In this document: one piece after another, positions 25,790 through 38,463 of the stretch
Layout: each line of letters opens with the position of its first letter
Position numbering within the stretch: the first letter of the stretch is position 1
Source: Utricularia gibba
Lineage: Eukaryota; Plantae; Magnoliophyta
Assembly: GCA_002189035.1 (NCBI GenBank)
Contig: NEEC01000004.1
Span: forward strand, 3,162,001 to 3,226,000
Direction: 5' to 3'
Length of the DNA: 64,000 nucleotides
Made by a program: the position numbers and the translations under genes
Notes under the pieces: generated by a model
What the model was told of the DNA's origin: nothing
What the model saw: the letters and a program-made list of their open reading frames with translations, nothing else
Database searches by the model: none

Positions 25790-28700
25790 TTAGGAACGTC
25801 AAAATTGGGACAGAGTCTATCAAAGTCCCCACCAAAGAATCTTGGATAATTGCTAAGGAAAATCATGAAGTACATCCGAGTTGACGACAACCTCAGGGCC
25901 GCGATGAAAAGCCGCGGGGAAATCCGTCCAATCCCGCAGCAAGAGACCTAACCTACCCTGGGCCCCAGGCCGAATAAGCGTCGTGAAGTATATCAGGCGG
26001 AACCAACCAGAAGAGATGCCTACTGTGAGATACACAACACCACTCGGCACGACACTGCCAACTGCCGAATAATGAAGAGGATGATCGAGCAGTATCATGC
26101 TGGTGGGGGGATAAACAACCCGACACGGAACACTGCACCAATGACGGACCGGAAAAGAGGACTTAACGAAGAAACGGGGAAGGAAGGTGGCCGATATCCG
26201 AAATTCCCATCAAAACCAGCAGAGGGAGCCCCACGAGCTGGCAGAGTCCCGAACCACGAAAGGGATCGAGACAAATCGGAAAGTTTAAAAAACCCTAACC
26301 AGGCACAAGGTAGTCCCCCTATGTTCGGGAAATCCATATGGTATCCGGGGGAACGGAAATTGATGTATCCGGGAAAGCACGGAAGAGATATTTGGATGAA
26401 GTCATAAGAGGAGAAGTCCTCGAGATGGGGAAACGTCCGATTGAGAAAGCCGCTTGGGAAAAGGAAGAGATCAACTTCTCCTTGGTAATATCAGGAATAT
26501 TAGGAATATGCGAAATGAAGTCATAACAGAGACATTCCAGCCGGCTCAGCCACACGAAATGAACCTTTGGTGATATCAGGAATATGCGGAAGCACCAAGG
26601 TAAGAAGGATTCTTGTTGATCAAGGGTCTTCCTGCAACATCATGAAAAAGGAAGTCACCGAATCACTGGTATTGTCCAAAGAGGGAGACATCCGTCCCAT
26701 GCACATGGAGTTATATGCGTTCGATCATTGGGCCGTACAGACAGTCGGAAAGATAATCTTACCCATGACATTCGGCACATCGGGATGAAATCGGACCGAA
26801 ATACTGGAGTTTTTGATTCTGGACTAGGAGGTCTCATACAACATCATCCTCGGCCGACCCGACATCAACCAATTCGGTATGTTACCCTCCACTGTGCATT
26901 TGAAAGTCAAGTTTCCCACACCAAGGGGCATCTGCACGCTAGATATCGACCAGCCAGCCGCTCGATCTTGTTATGTGTCTTCCTGCCGAGACCCCTGTGC
27001 GAAGAAGCCGAGGATAATGATGGTAGAAAAGGAGCACCGGGAACCTCCCAGACAAGCAATGGAACCAGTGGGGTACAAGCCAGTGCAACTAGTTCCAGGA
27101 GATGCGCAGAAGGCGACCCGCATTGGTGCCAATCTAGACACCAGATTCAAGAAGAGGTTAGCTGAACTTTTGATGAAGAACGCCAATATTTTTGCCTGGG
27201 CTGCTGCAGACTTTGTAGGCATCGATCGATCCGTCACTCAGCATCACATTGATATCTACCCGGGGGCAAAGCCAATTCGATAGAAGCAACGGCACTTCTC
27301 TGAAGAAAAGTGTCGAATTATCAAGGAGAAAACAAAGGAGCTCCTAGAAGCCGGCTACGTGAGGGAGATCCAATACTCGGAATGGGTGGCCAATCCGGTC
27401 GTCGTCCCAAAGCCCGGGGGAAAATGGAGAATGCTCGTCGACTTCACTGACCTCACCGCCTGCTATGAAAGGGATCCCTACCCCTTGCCAAAGATCAATA
27501 AGCTGGTGGATGCCATTGTCGGATCCAGATTCCTGAGCACCATGGATGCCTATTCGGGATATCATCAAATCTTCGTTGCCGAAAAAGACCAACCGAAAAC
27601 CACCTTTTACACCAAGAATGGAGTTTACTGCTACGTGGCGATGCCCTTCGGATTGAAGAATGCTGGGGCGACTTATCAGAGGTTGGTAAATAAAATATTC
27701 TCTTCTCAAATCGGTACCTTGATGGAGGTGTATGTGGACGATATGATCGTGAAATCTATGAATGAGGAAGACCATTTAGCGTATTTGTACTCTTGTTTCT
27801 CTCTATGTCGGTCATACGAGTTAAAGCTTAACCTAATGAAATGTTGCTTCGAGGTGCAAAGCGGAAAATTCCTTGGGCATTACGTATCGGAAAGAGGAAT
27901 CGAGGCTGACCCCGAGAAGATTAAGGCAATATGCGAAATTGGCTGCCCTCAGCCGTTTCATATCTCGATCAGCCGATAAGTCAGCGTCTTTCTTCAAGGT
28001 ACTGCGAAAGGGAAATGCTTTTGAATGGAACGAGGATTGCCGAATTGCCCATTACTTAGGTTGTATCTTTCATTTCTGCATCTTAAAAACCCCCTTTTAC
28101 AAAACCGTGACATTTTGTAGAAGTTGCTTGCAAACACTTTTCACGAAAAACAACTCCCTGAGATCGATACTTGTACTACGCTATCTAGTGTTTTACGTTT
28201 TAAAATATTTAAAATTTTTTGAGGAAATGACACGCAACAATCTCTCATCACCCCTGCTCCTTGTGGCTCCGAAGGCCGGGGAGCCCCTAGGACTTTATCT
28301 GTCGATATCGCCCGTTGCAGTAAGCGAAGTCTTGGCACTGAAGATTCTATGTGAGCAAGGTTCTATTACCGGCCGAAACCCGGTATACGGTGACAGAAAA
28401 ATTCATCTTGGCACTGAAGATGGCGGCTCTGAAGAATATCCTGTCTCGACCAGAGATTTCCAGAAGGGTTGCCAAATGGGCAGTCGAATTGAGTATGATG
28501 GACATTGAGTTTAAGTCGAGAACAGCGATCAAGGCCCAACCCCTTGCCGATTTTGTGGTCGAAATGACCAGACCTTGCTCGAAGGGATGAAAATTGCCAG
28601 GGAGCTTGGTGTTGCAGAGCTCGACGTTTATACGGACTCACGGTTGGTACAAGGACTGTATTCAGGTGAATATGAAACCCATGACCCCCTGATGGATCTG

Positions 28701-29825
28701 TACTGTGCTAAGGTAAAGGAGTTAGCTAGGACCTTCAAGGAGTACACTTTGTCACATGTTGCATGCGACAAAAATGGATCCGCGGACAGCCTCGCCCGAT
28801 TTGCAGTGGGTTTTCTGGGATTAAAGGAAGGGAGTGTGACGATCCGATTGCGGGATCAGCCTTCGGTAACTTTGCGGGCGGTGAATCATATTACCCAACG
28901 ATTAGGAAACGACATGTCTCCACAACTGAACCTCCTGGAAGATTGGACATTGCCCTACATCCGATACTTGCAAAACAGGGAAAAGCCACCCGGTAAAATG
29001 GAAGCCTGACAGCTAGAGATTAAGGCAAGGAGATATACAGTGATAAACGGAATTCTCTATCGAAGATCATTAGATGGGCCCCTATTGAGGTGTATCGGGA
29101 TAAAGCACTCTCAAGAACTTATAACCGATCTGCATGAAGGGGAATGTGGCAGCCATGTCGGAATACGATCCTTGTGCAGGAAAGCTTTGAGAACTACATA
29201 TTATTGGCCAACTATGAAGCGGGATATTACCGAAATGGTGAAGAAGTGCAAATAATGCCAATACCATGCAAGTATACCAAGAAAACCGGTAAATGACCTA
29301 ACCTCTCTTCCGTTCTCATGCCCGTTCGATCGGTGGGGCGTGGATATTATGGGATCGTTCCTCCAAACCTCGGGCCAGAGGAAATTTGTCATTGTGGGAG
29401 TCGAATATTTCTCCAAGTGGGTAGAGGCTGAAGCCGTGGTAAAAATATCAGAGGAGACCGTTATTCAATTTCTGTGGAGAAATATCTTCATCCGATTCGG
29501 GATTCTTCAAGAACTAGTGACCGATAACGGAACCCAATTCGCTAGAGGAAGAATGGATGCATTCTTGGATAAATATTCGGTCAAGCACAACTTCACCTCG
29601 GTGTATCACCCGCAGAGCAATGGTCTCACGGAGGTAACAAACCGAACGCTCAGGCTAGGTATGAAGACTAAGCTTGAGGATTTCGGAGGGTCGTGGGCAG
29701 ATCGCCTGGATGAGGTGCTGTGGTCGTATCGTACCACCCCTCAAACCACCACGGAAGAGTCTCCCTTCTTATTGGTTTATGGTTTAGAAGCTGTATGCCT
29801 GATTGAACTAACCCTGAAAAGCTAA
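25790..29825 (+). pseudogene. Retand gag (C-terminal part)-pol: protease, RT, RNase H, aRH, integrase
   Basis: Zn-knuckle-like YCEIHNTTRHDTANC; protease RRILVDQGSS; RT YPLPKI..MDAYSGYHQI..MPFGLKNAGATYQR..VYVDDMIVKS; aRH LEGMKIARELGVAELDVYTDSRLV..NGSADSLAR; integrase HEGECGSH, MDIMG, TDNGTQF, QSNGLTEVTNR. Multiple stops and frameshifts. Confidence 0.92.
28050..28239 (+). mobile_element. ~190-bp 3'-end fragment of an unrelated LTR inside the Retand RNase H region
   Basis: AT-rich insert replacing a few codons between WNEDCRIA and LSSPLLL. It ends GACACGCAACA and resembles the LTR end at 62870-62959 (..GACACGATACA). Confidence 0.55.
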
Positions 29826-29929
29826 CTGGCTCAATATCAATCTCTATCATAGGTTTGCGCAGGATTCGGTATTTCCTTCCTCAAAACTCAAGCGGCTATA
29901 GATTCCTCCAAAGTGGAGATGAGTAAACG

Positions 29930-30110
29930 AAACCATAAGCCCTGACCGAGTCACGTAAGCCTAAGCAGACCCTCAAAAACCTAAATCATAAGGCCTGGCC
30001 AAGTAACGTAAGCCCAGGCAAATCTTCTAAACCTAGGTGCCAACGACAAGAGTAAGCCCTGGTACATCTCAGGCACCGGTTTCCGTAAACCGCACGCGTA
30101 AGCCCCGAAA
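29930..30110 (+). repeat. Degenerate tandem repeats between pol and the antisense ORF
   Basis: Two ~53-bp units (AACCATAAGCCCTGACCGAGTCACGTAAGCC.. / AATCATAAGGCCTGGCCAAGTAACGTAAGCCC..) plus further GTAAGCCC motifs. Confidence 0.55.
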
Positions 30111-30856
30111 AGCCCTTAAGTACCAACCTTACCGCCGAAATCTCGAGACGGCGAGAGCACCCAAAGCAGATCTACCCATGTGCAAAACAATGGGATCTCG
30201 GCCGGAAGAGGGCCCATTTGGATTGAGGAAGTCACTCAACCCGTGAGGGGTCCAGGTCTAGTTCCCTAGCAGCGATTCAGCTCGCGTAAGGAAAAATACT
30301 AAGGCAAATCAAAGCCAAAAAACCCAACCAGAGGGTTGGCAAAAGGACACCTACCCCCGGATCACGAAAGCCCAGACGAACCTCCCAAGTCTAAGCCCAA
30401 AATGGACACAATGAACCAGCTAGGGGCTTCCCCAAAATGTGACATCATCTAAACCCGGGCCTTATTGACTAAGGTAAGCCCTAGAACGATTCGAGTTTCA
30501 CCTTCCCAAACCATCTGCGTAAGCTCCGAAAAGGCCCCAGTGTGGGGTTCTTGCTGCCAGATTTTGAAGCGGCAAATACACTCGGAATAAATTTGGCTGA
30601 AACACGCGGAAGATACACTCGAATAGAAGAGACGATTCGGTCTGCAAGGGGTTCCGAGTCATACCCTTGGCACATACGCATGCGGAAAAATCCTGCTAGG
30701 AGATTAGCAAACCATGCAACACACCAAGCAAGAGGATCGATAACAGACGAAGCGATATGCAAAAATTGAATAAACCAACAAAGGAAATCTCGAAGCAAGA
30801 TTCCAAAAAGTGTAAAACCCCGAAACTGGGGTAAAAACATCAGTTTCATGAAGGAG

Positions 30857-32954
30857 TTAGAGTTCAGGAACGTGATCAGTTGAAGGACCAACATGCCCTT
30901 CCATCCTTGCCCTCAGCTTGCCATCATTTTCCCGTCCGATTCTGGCCTGAATAAGCGCTATAAGACGCTCCCTATCAGCCTCGAACCCGAACTCCGGGGC
31001 TTGATACACGTCCGCAATCACATCTAGCATGTTTTCATCCTTCCTCAGGGGATCCACCCTGTCGAAATGCGGATTCGTGATCGACAACCCGAACTCTTGG
31101 CTGATTTGACGCCTTTGCCGGTATACAAGCAAGCCGATCAAGTCCCCTGCATAAATATTGGATAGTTCAGCAAAGCAAGCCGAATTGATAAAATCATTCA
31201 GAAGCCCCCGTCGAGACGCCTCCTTCTCCAACAATTCGGCTTCCAAGGCCGAAACCCGAGTCCGAGAATGCTTCAACTCCGCCTATGTTTCCTCGAACTT
31301 CACTTTGAAGCCCTCCCTTTCGGAGTTGACGTCATCGATTGCTTTCCCCATCTCATCTACCACGTTTTGTAGCTCCTCTTCCCGACAAGAACACTTCCCG
31401 AGAGTTGTCCGCAGTGAATTCCCTTCCTCCTCTAACTGTTTCATCTTAGCATCCTGAGTCGCTACACGAGTCTGAAGTCGGGAAACCTCCTCCGAGTGGG
31501 AACTTATCCCCATAGTCATCCCCCATTCGAACATCAGAGCCTAAAAAGTATCAAAAAATCATCATCATTGAGATAGGAACTGGCTTATGTAACTCCAAGA
31601 AGGAAGAAGACGAGTACCTGCCAGATTCCCTTGAGCACAACCTCCGGTTGAATGTCCAGAGGACTTGATACGGCTTCCTCCAGCAACCTTCTCAATTCGG
31701 CAGGAATCGAAGACGGAGGGAGCACCGGATTGCCCTGCCTCTGATTGGAGTGGAATCACTCTGTATCCCATTTGGAGGGGCCGATGTGGAGGCACCTGCC
31801 GAATTGAACCCCACACCGAAAGTCAGGGGTTTAGCGACCCTTGGAGAAGGGAAAAGCCTCCCTTTCCCCTTTCCGATTGAGGGGGGAGGGGGGGTCGGCT
31901 CTCGGCCCCCGAAACTTCAATCGCCTGAACCCCATCCGAGGAATGTCCAGCGGTACCCGATTGAACTTCAGAAGAATTGGCCTAGAAGGAAAGAAAAGGT
32001 CGGAATTGAAAACTCATGACAACGGATCGCAAAAGCTAAGTCGACCTGTACAAGGGGGGTTGCATCTGGTTCTCGCATTCGACGCATCTCAGCCAAGAAA
32101 CGTGCCATCACTAAATCCTCCAGGGCGTTCCTTCGTGCCATCTCTTCAGCTGCATATGAAAATCGGAAAAGCGGTAAAGCATGACGTGAATACTGCAACA
32201 CCGAAAAGCAAAACCTAACTACCTCCACGCTTCTTAGAAGGCTTCTGTGCACGGACCTTAACCCTTTTTCTTTTCTTTTGAGTTGAGGGTCGAATGGAGG
32301 ATTCGGGAACCAAATGAGAGGGGGTGGGGGCTATTGGATCAGAAGCGGGAGGCGCTGCCGACTCAGGTCACTGCCCATCCCGGTTACGACCAACAATCCC
32401 ACAGGCCGTAAGCAATCACGCGAGAGCATTGAGGCCTGAGACTCGAACCTAACAGAGCAGTCACCCAGTGTACGATATACCTCCCTACGACACTCATTAG
32501 AGAGGCAAAAATGACCAAAGAGTTTTACTTTGAAAGGGGTTGGGGGTTTAACCAGAAAGTTCCACCTAGCCCTCAATGGAGGAGCGACCCAGATGAAATA
32601 AGACCACCAGTCGTGGTGAGTATCAGGAGCTTTTAAAATAAATTCGGGGTGGTCTTCAAACTGGCGAAACTGGAAGTGGGAGAAGCCATGCATCGGACGT
32701 TTCTCCTTGCGAACAGCGACCTTGAAGAGTTGAAAGAAATCAACTAGCGTCATGTTCGGATCCATGCCGGCCGAATAGAAGAGAAAAGTGGTGAAGTAGA
32801 AGATCGAATTAGGGGCGAGGCAATAGAGCGGAACCGAAAACATGTTGAGAAATTGAACAAGTAGACGATGGAGAGGAAATCGGAGGCCGCTTTCTAAGTA
32901 GGCGAGGGGGTCGGAAGGCTGAAACGGGGAAGAGGCCTTTCCCCGGACCCTCAA
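30857..32954 (-). pseudogene. Retand antisense accessory ORF: TRP28-like domain plus coiled-coil region, probably spliced
   Basis: ORF 32331-32954 has YLESGLRFPLH..LAPNSI..DFFQLF..WW..FIWV. ORFs 31283-31534 and 30857-31276 are heptad-rich (RLQTRVATQDAKMKQLEEEGNSLR.., RVSALEAELLEKE). Confidence 0.75.
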
Positions 32955-33559
32955 GGGATTTGGCTATCCCTCGCCTGGGAAATGACTTATTCCTCAGGAA
33001 TCGAATATCTGGGCCGAATAGTAGGAATGTTCAACTCACTAGATTTCCTACCCATATCGCTTTTAGGAATCGAAAAAGGAAGGAGTTTCAAGGGGCTTGG
33101 AAGAAAAGAGTGGAAACCCTAAGAAAAAGTGGGAATGAAGGGAGATTCGAAGACCTAACGGAGAGTTAAGCAGACTCAGGAATGCAAAAAGTTGTGGAGA
33201 GGGCGTGGATACCTGAAAAATGTGCAGTCTCCGGTGGGTAACACGGCGGCGAGCACGGCGGAGTTCAAAGAGCGCTGGAACCTCGCGAACGAACAAAGAA
33301 AGCAAAGGAGAGAAATGACAGAGGGTGCGCATATTTATAATGGAGACATTCGGGAGACGAAGCGACGTGACGTTTAAGGTGCCAAAATGAGCGGGAAAAA
33401 ACGTGGCGTGTTTGCGAGGTGACACGTGACGGAGGTATCGGACCAAAGCGGTTTGCGGCTCATTCGTGGAAAGTGGCACCTCAGAAATCGGCGTTGTAAT
33501 AATTCTGATTTCCCGACTTACCCCAAAAGGGCCAATATCGGCAAATCAGAGGGGCTGAA

Positions 33560-34094
33560 TGATGGAGGATAAATCAGTCGAGCGTAATCTGCTCCTAAAA
33601 GGCTGCCAAAAGAGACTCTGAAGCGATAATGCTAGACGACAGACCGATATCTGTCAGAAATCTGACAGATATGCCATATGGCACAGTCTGAAAAGCGACC
33701 GAATTACGGCATAACAGGCGGCCGATATCTGAAAAGCGAGATCGTATAGCAGGTGCAGAAAGCAACCGATATTTGCAGACGTCAGGATTCGACCAAATTG
33801 AGCTCTTCTATAAATAGAAGAAATTATTACGGAGAAAAGGTTGGATCCTAAGAACTCTTCAACTTGTATCATCTTCTGGGGCACCTCCGTCTAGTGGAAA
33901 TCTTCTCTGGCGAGCTCCGATAACTCCTTGGTTTTTCCGTCATCCGGCGGTTTCCACGTAAAAATCTTTACCTACTCTTGCTTCAATTGATCAGACCGAA
34001 CCATTCGCGAAACACACAACTAAGTGCGATATTCCCGACCACATCTATCACCCTAAAATCGGTCTCATCTCGGATACCGATTTTACCCATAACA
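33560..34094 (+). repeat. Retand 3' LTR (535 bp)
   Basis: Starts TGATGG directly after the PPT and ends CCCATAACA; contains TATA box CTATAAATAG; homologous to 16894-17428 and 25602-25768. Confidence 0.92.
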
Positions 34095-34974
34095 ATGTAA
34101 TAACTTGAAGAACATTTTTAGCTCCAATCCATTCAATTACTTTCACGAATAACAACAACAATGTCTTGGCAACTTTAACTTTGGAAGACAAGTCCACAGA
34201 TTTGTAAAACGCAATACCATTTGGACTATATATTAAAAAATTAACCAAGAATCTTGATGACATATCAGTCCAACCATTAGTCATTACAGTACAACATATC
34301 TTTACCCAACTACTTCTCATTGTATCTATCCAGAGTAATAACTCTTGCTTAATAGTTTTCAATAAAGGCACACGTAACTCATGACATGAAGGAACATCTA
34401 AAGCATCATCCAATTTAGTTACCGCCACTTACATTTTTGTAAAATAATTAGATCTACAAGCCATCAGAGGAACACCTATGTCATAAAAGAATTTGGCAAT
34501 TAACACCTTGGCTTGGGTTACCATATCTGTTGAAGTCATAAATTTTTTCATTGTTGTCTGTTTCATTTCTTTCTTCTTGCTACTTCCAACACCACAATCA
34601 AAACTTCTTATTTCATCTTCAAAATTGGATGCTTCCAAATCAGATATATCATAATCACAAGTTGAGTACGGTTGCTCAATACTCTTTTTTTTTGTGCTCT
34701 TAGATGATTCAGGATGTAGAGCTACATAAATATCTTCATTTACATTCAAAGTAACCTTTAAACATTTTGCAATTTGCCCATTGATGCAAGCAAGATGCTG
34801 TTTCACACGATAAATTCCATCTTCTTCAAACTTCTTGTCGCAAAAATTACAAAAAATCACATTTTTTCCATTAGTCATCTGCATTCTTGCATACTTCCAT
34901 ACAACATTACTTCTACTGCTATTTTGTAATGGTTTCATAGATTTTGGTGTATCATCAATATTATTGCTTTCCAT
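34095..34974 (-). pseudogene. hAT transposase 5' part (BED zinc finger plus DUF659-type region), interrupted by the Retand LTR
   Basis: VWKY..CNFCDK..GIYRVKQHLA..C (BED finger); FFYDIGVP; PSCHELRVPLL; CTVMTNGWTD..LVNFLIYSPNG..FYKSVD; KNVLQVIT abuts the LTR end. Confidence 0.88.
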
Positions 34975-35499
34975 AGCTCAAAAACAAACTTGAATATAAT
35001 AAAATAATTATAATTCAAAAAACAATTCAAACTAATCATAGCTCCAACATTTATATTACTTAAAGAAATGAACAATAGTATAGTAATAGTCATGAAAGTA
35101 TATAAATTGCAATAAAAAAAATCATAATAACAACAATACACATAAAAACATTGTAGTAAATAAAAAATATAAAATAATTACCAAGATAAATTGCAAGGGT
35201 TATGAACTCTCCCAAACGCTATCACGATTAGATTGAAGTAGTTTTTGAAGCAAACTTTGTGATACAATTCGAGGAATTGAGAATTGTATCATCTGGACAT
35301 ATGACTATGAAACCCTAAATTGTTTAAAAAAACGAATTTTGGGCTTTATTGAAATTTGAACCCAAAAATGAGTGAAAAATGATGCCCATAAACTCCAATA
35401 AAAAAACTGGTAAGGTTGACAGAAAGTGGGCCACAGTCCACAGTCCACATATTTTTTATAAATCCGGAAATTCATTAACATGTTAACCAGTAATTTGGA

Positions 35500-35554
35500 A
35501 AAAGCCGGTTAACCGGGTTCACCTGCTGGCTAGCCGCCCAATTTGAAAACACAG
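35500..35554 (-). mobile_element. Probable 5' terminus of the hAT element
   Basis: Minus strand CTGTGTTTTCAAAT followed by AACCCGGTTAACCGG motifs, resembling CAGTGTTTT-type hAT ends with CCGGTT subterminal motifs. Confidence 0.5.
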
Positions 35555-36020
35555 ATCACGAACACTATGAATATGGATTAACTATAAGCCATACCTGTTA
35601 ATGACATAGTATTACTTTTTTAAAAAATAATTATTTTTATTTATTGTATATTTCATTTAATATATAAAAACTATATTGTAAAATAAATTTTTTATTTGAT
35701 AAAAATTATTTAGTAAATATTATTTTTAAAATTAGGAAAAAAATTCAATTCAACATAATTTGTTATCCATTTTTATGTAATTAAAAATATTAACACTTTA
35801 TTTAACTAATTAATTTTTTTTTCAATATCATAAATCAAAATTTTTTTGTAAATAAATACTAATATAAATTATTTAATATATGATACATTAATTCAACATA
35901 AAATATTTTAAAAAAATAAGCACGCACGTCATATTAATCCCTTATTATTAAGTTGAATTAATTTTAATTTGGAACTACATACATTGCAAGCATAGATTAC
36001 TCAAACATACGTTGCATCGT

Positions 36021-37128
36021 TGATAACTGATTTTGTGTCGTTTCAAAACATGTTCTTCCACTACTTTTGAGTGTTGTTTTTACTTATCTTAAACCCCACT
36101 TTCTCATTATTCTCAATGGATTTTGCATCTTTCACACTACTTTGATCTTTTTAGAGAGAAAGTGTATTTTGTGAATTTTTAGGGTACTTTTGGATCAATT
36201 TGAGGAGAAATCAAGACCTACCAAATTATGGACTTAATGGGCCACGAATCTCAACCCAAGACTCAGTCAACCAATGAAGATTTGGTCCAAGATTCGTGGA
36301 TACGATAGACATATGAAGAAAATCTTTGAAAATTTGAATAAAAGATTTGGATAGAAGATCTTATCCAAGCCCATCGAATAAGCTCAATACAAAGACTTGA
36401 ATGTACTCTCCTATAAATACCTCATTCTCTCAATCATTAGAGACGTCTTTGACCACTTTTCCTTTGTACTTTTCCTATTTTCGTGTCTATTTTCATGTTA
36501 GAGTCAAGTTTGCGCGTGTAGGCGCTTGCGGCTGAGGATCTGCGGTGAAGCCTTGCTTGCGCAAGTCCTGCGCGTGTGACTGTTTTTCGCAACGTTTTCT
36601 TTATCAACGTGCTCTTTAGTATCACATAACCCAAAGGGAGTGTGAAAGAATCAAAGGTTGGCCTCAAGCACTTAAGAAGAAGGGCTCAATCGGACATCGT
36701 TGGTAAGGCACATTTTGTCTAATCTGTCTGCGAGGTGTAAGGTGTAGGGGTTAGATTTCGGTGTGGGGAAAACATGAGTTATCAAAAGAGGTGAAATGGC
36801 TCTGGTGGTGTGGTTGATTCCATAATCCCACAAAACAAGGGACGGTACTATAACGGTCACCGAGTAGCACTACTTTAGAATAGCAACCCCAGAGCTTGCG
36901 CAAGCAGGTCAGTTTTCAAGGTTTGCATACACGCAAGGGCGGGTTTCAAGTAAGGTGAGTCCTGGATCCAAAACCAATTTTCTTATTGTTTTTAAAACCA
37001 AATCTTTTTTTTGTTTTGAGTCTTTTTGAGTTTTTGTTTGAAAAGAAAATTTCAATAACAATTCCCTGTGGATACGATCTTATTTTATTACTTTGACGGT
37101 TTATGTACACTTTGCAGAATCACCATCA
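36021..37128 (+). mobile_element. Solo LTR (1108 bp) of a diverged subfamily of the Athila element at 49387-62036, opposite orientation
   Basis: TGATAACTG...CACCATCA; reverse-complement homology to LTRs 49387-50545 and 60877-62036; TSD ATCGT / ATCGG (4/5). Confidence 0.9.
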
Positions 37129-38463
37129 ATCGGTAATCATATATTTATAAATTTGATTTTTTTGACTTAATCTCGTAATATTAATTTGAATTAATTTATT
37201 TTTGGATAAATTTTTAGTTTATAAAAAAAATAAGATTTAAAATAAATATGAATTGAACCCTCAATCAATAAGTTATAGAAATAAAATGTAATCAAGTAAG
37301 CTATCGATGCACTTAAATATTTATAAAAACTTTATGCTTCAATTGTGTAGCATTATTTTTATAAAAACATGATTAAATGAGTATTGATAGTATTTTCAAT
37401 CCTTTAATTAATTATTTTTCTGTTTATTATTATTATTTTTTAATCAATTTTAATATTATTAAAAAGTATAATTTGAAACAAACGCAAATTAAAATCTGGA
37501 CCAACAAATCAAAATAGCAAAACATGGTCAATTGAGTTTGTACGTAGGTTATACACAACTCATATAGACTTAAGAAACCATACGAGTATGGTTTATGTAT
37601 AAACGACAATAATATATATAACAAAAAACCACACGGATATTATTTATAAAATAGCACATGAATGTTGATTGTATATAACTCAAGCGTGTAGCTTAGTTTA
37701 TCATATTTCACTTGTTTATATAAAAATGACAAGTGAATGAATATTGATAGTTCATTCATTTAAGTAATTTATTTTGAATATTTAACTAATAAAATTTTCA
37801 CACATGACTAGTCTGCGAAAAAGCTCTTTGGTTCACTATCCTATGTAGCTAGCCATCATTCTTTGCAAAAATCTTTTTTTACAATAAGTATTAAAGAAAT
37901 AATTCAGATGATAAAGTAGAAAAGAGGCAGTCTAAACAATGCTTCAGATGATAAAATAGAATGAATCTGTCAAACATAAAAATAATACAGGTTATTAGAT
38001 CAAGTGGTTTCAATGTTTTAAAACTCAAGAACAATTCAATATTCAATTTGGTTTAATTTGAATCCATTATTTTTTGAATTCAAATTCAATATTTTTTTAT
38101 AAAAGAAACTCTTTAAAAAATCTAAAATTTCGAAATAATAAATTTAATTTTTTTTAATCTGTCATAAGATATTCATAATAAATTTAATTTATTATAAAAA
38201 ATTCAATTCAAAATCATAAATAAGTTGAAAACATAGATGCTTTTAATTTCTCCCATTTTCTTTATTTGTCCATGGTGTTCCCCATCCCGACGCCTCATTT
38301 ATGAGTTATAACGCAACGGCAACCCTCGGCCCAGCCGCAACAACCCTACGCTTTATTCAGTGAGACAATCTCTTCCTACGATAAAATACCACGCAGCAGC
38401 TCCCAAGCACGCACGCACGCACGCGCGCACGGCACCTGCTCAGATGACAAGGGTTCATGCAAA

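Larger units (their letters stand above)
25602..34094 (+). mobile_element. Ty3/Gypsy Tat-lineage (Retand-type) LTR retrotransposon, decayed and 5'-truncated
   Basis: 5' LTR remnant 25602-25768 is nearly identical to 33798-33956. Also present: gag-pol remnants, a second (archaeal-type) RNase H, tandem repeats after pol, an antisense ORF, a PPT (AGAGGGGC, ~33548) and a complete 3' LTR. Confidence 0.9.

Noticed and set aside
36437-36860. ORFs of 62-117 aa repeated at 36.4-36.9, 49.7-50.2 and 61.1-61.7 kb
   Set aside because: They are translations of the same LTR sequence, not genes.
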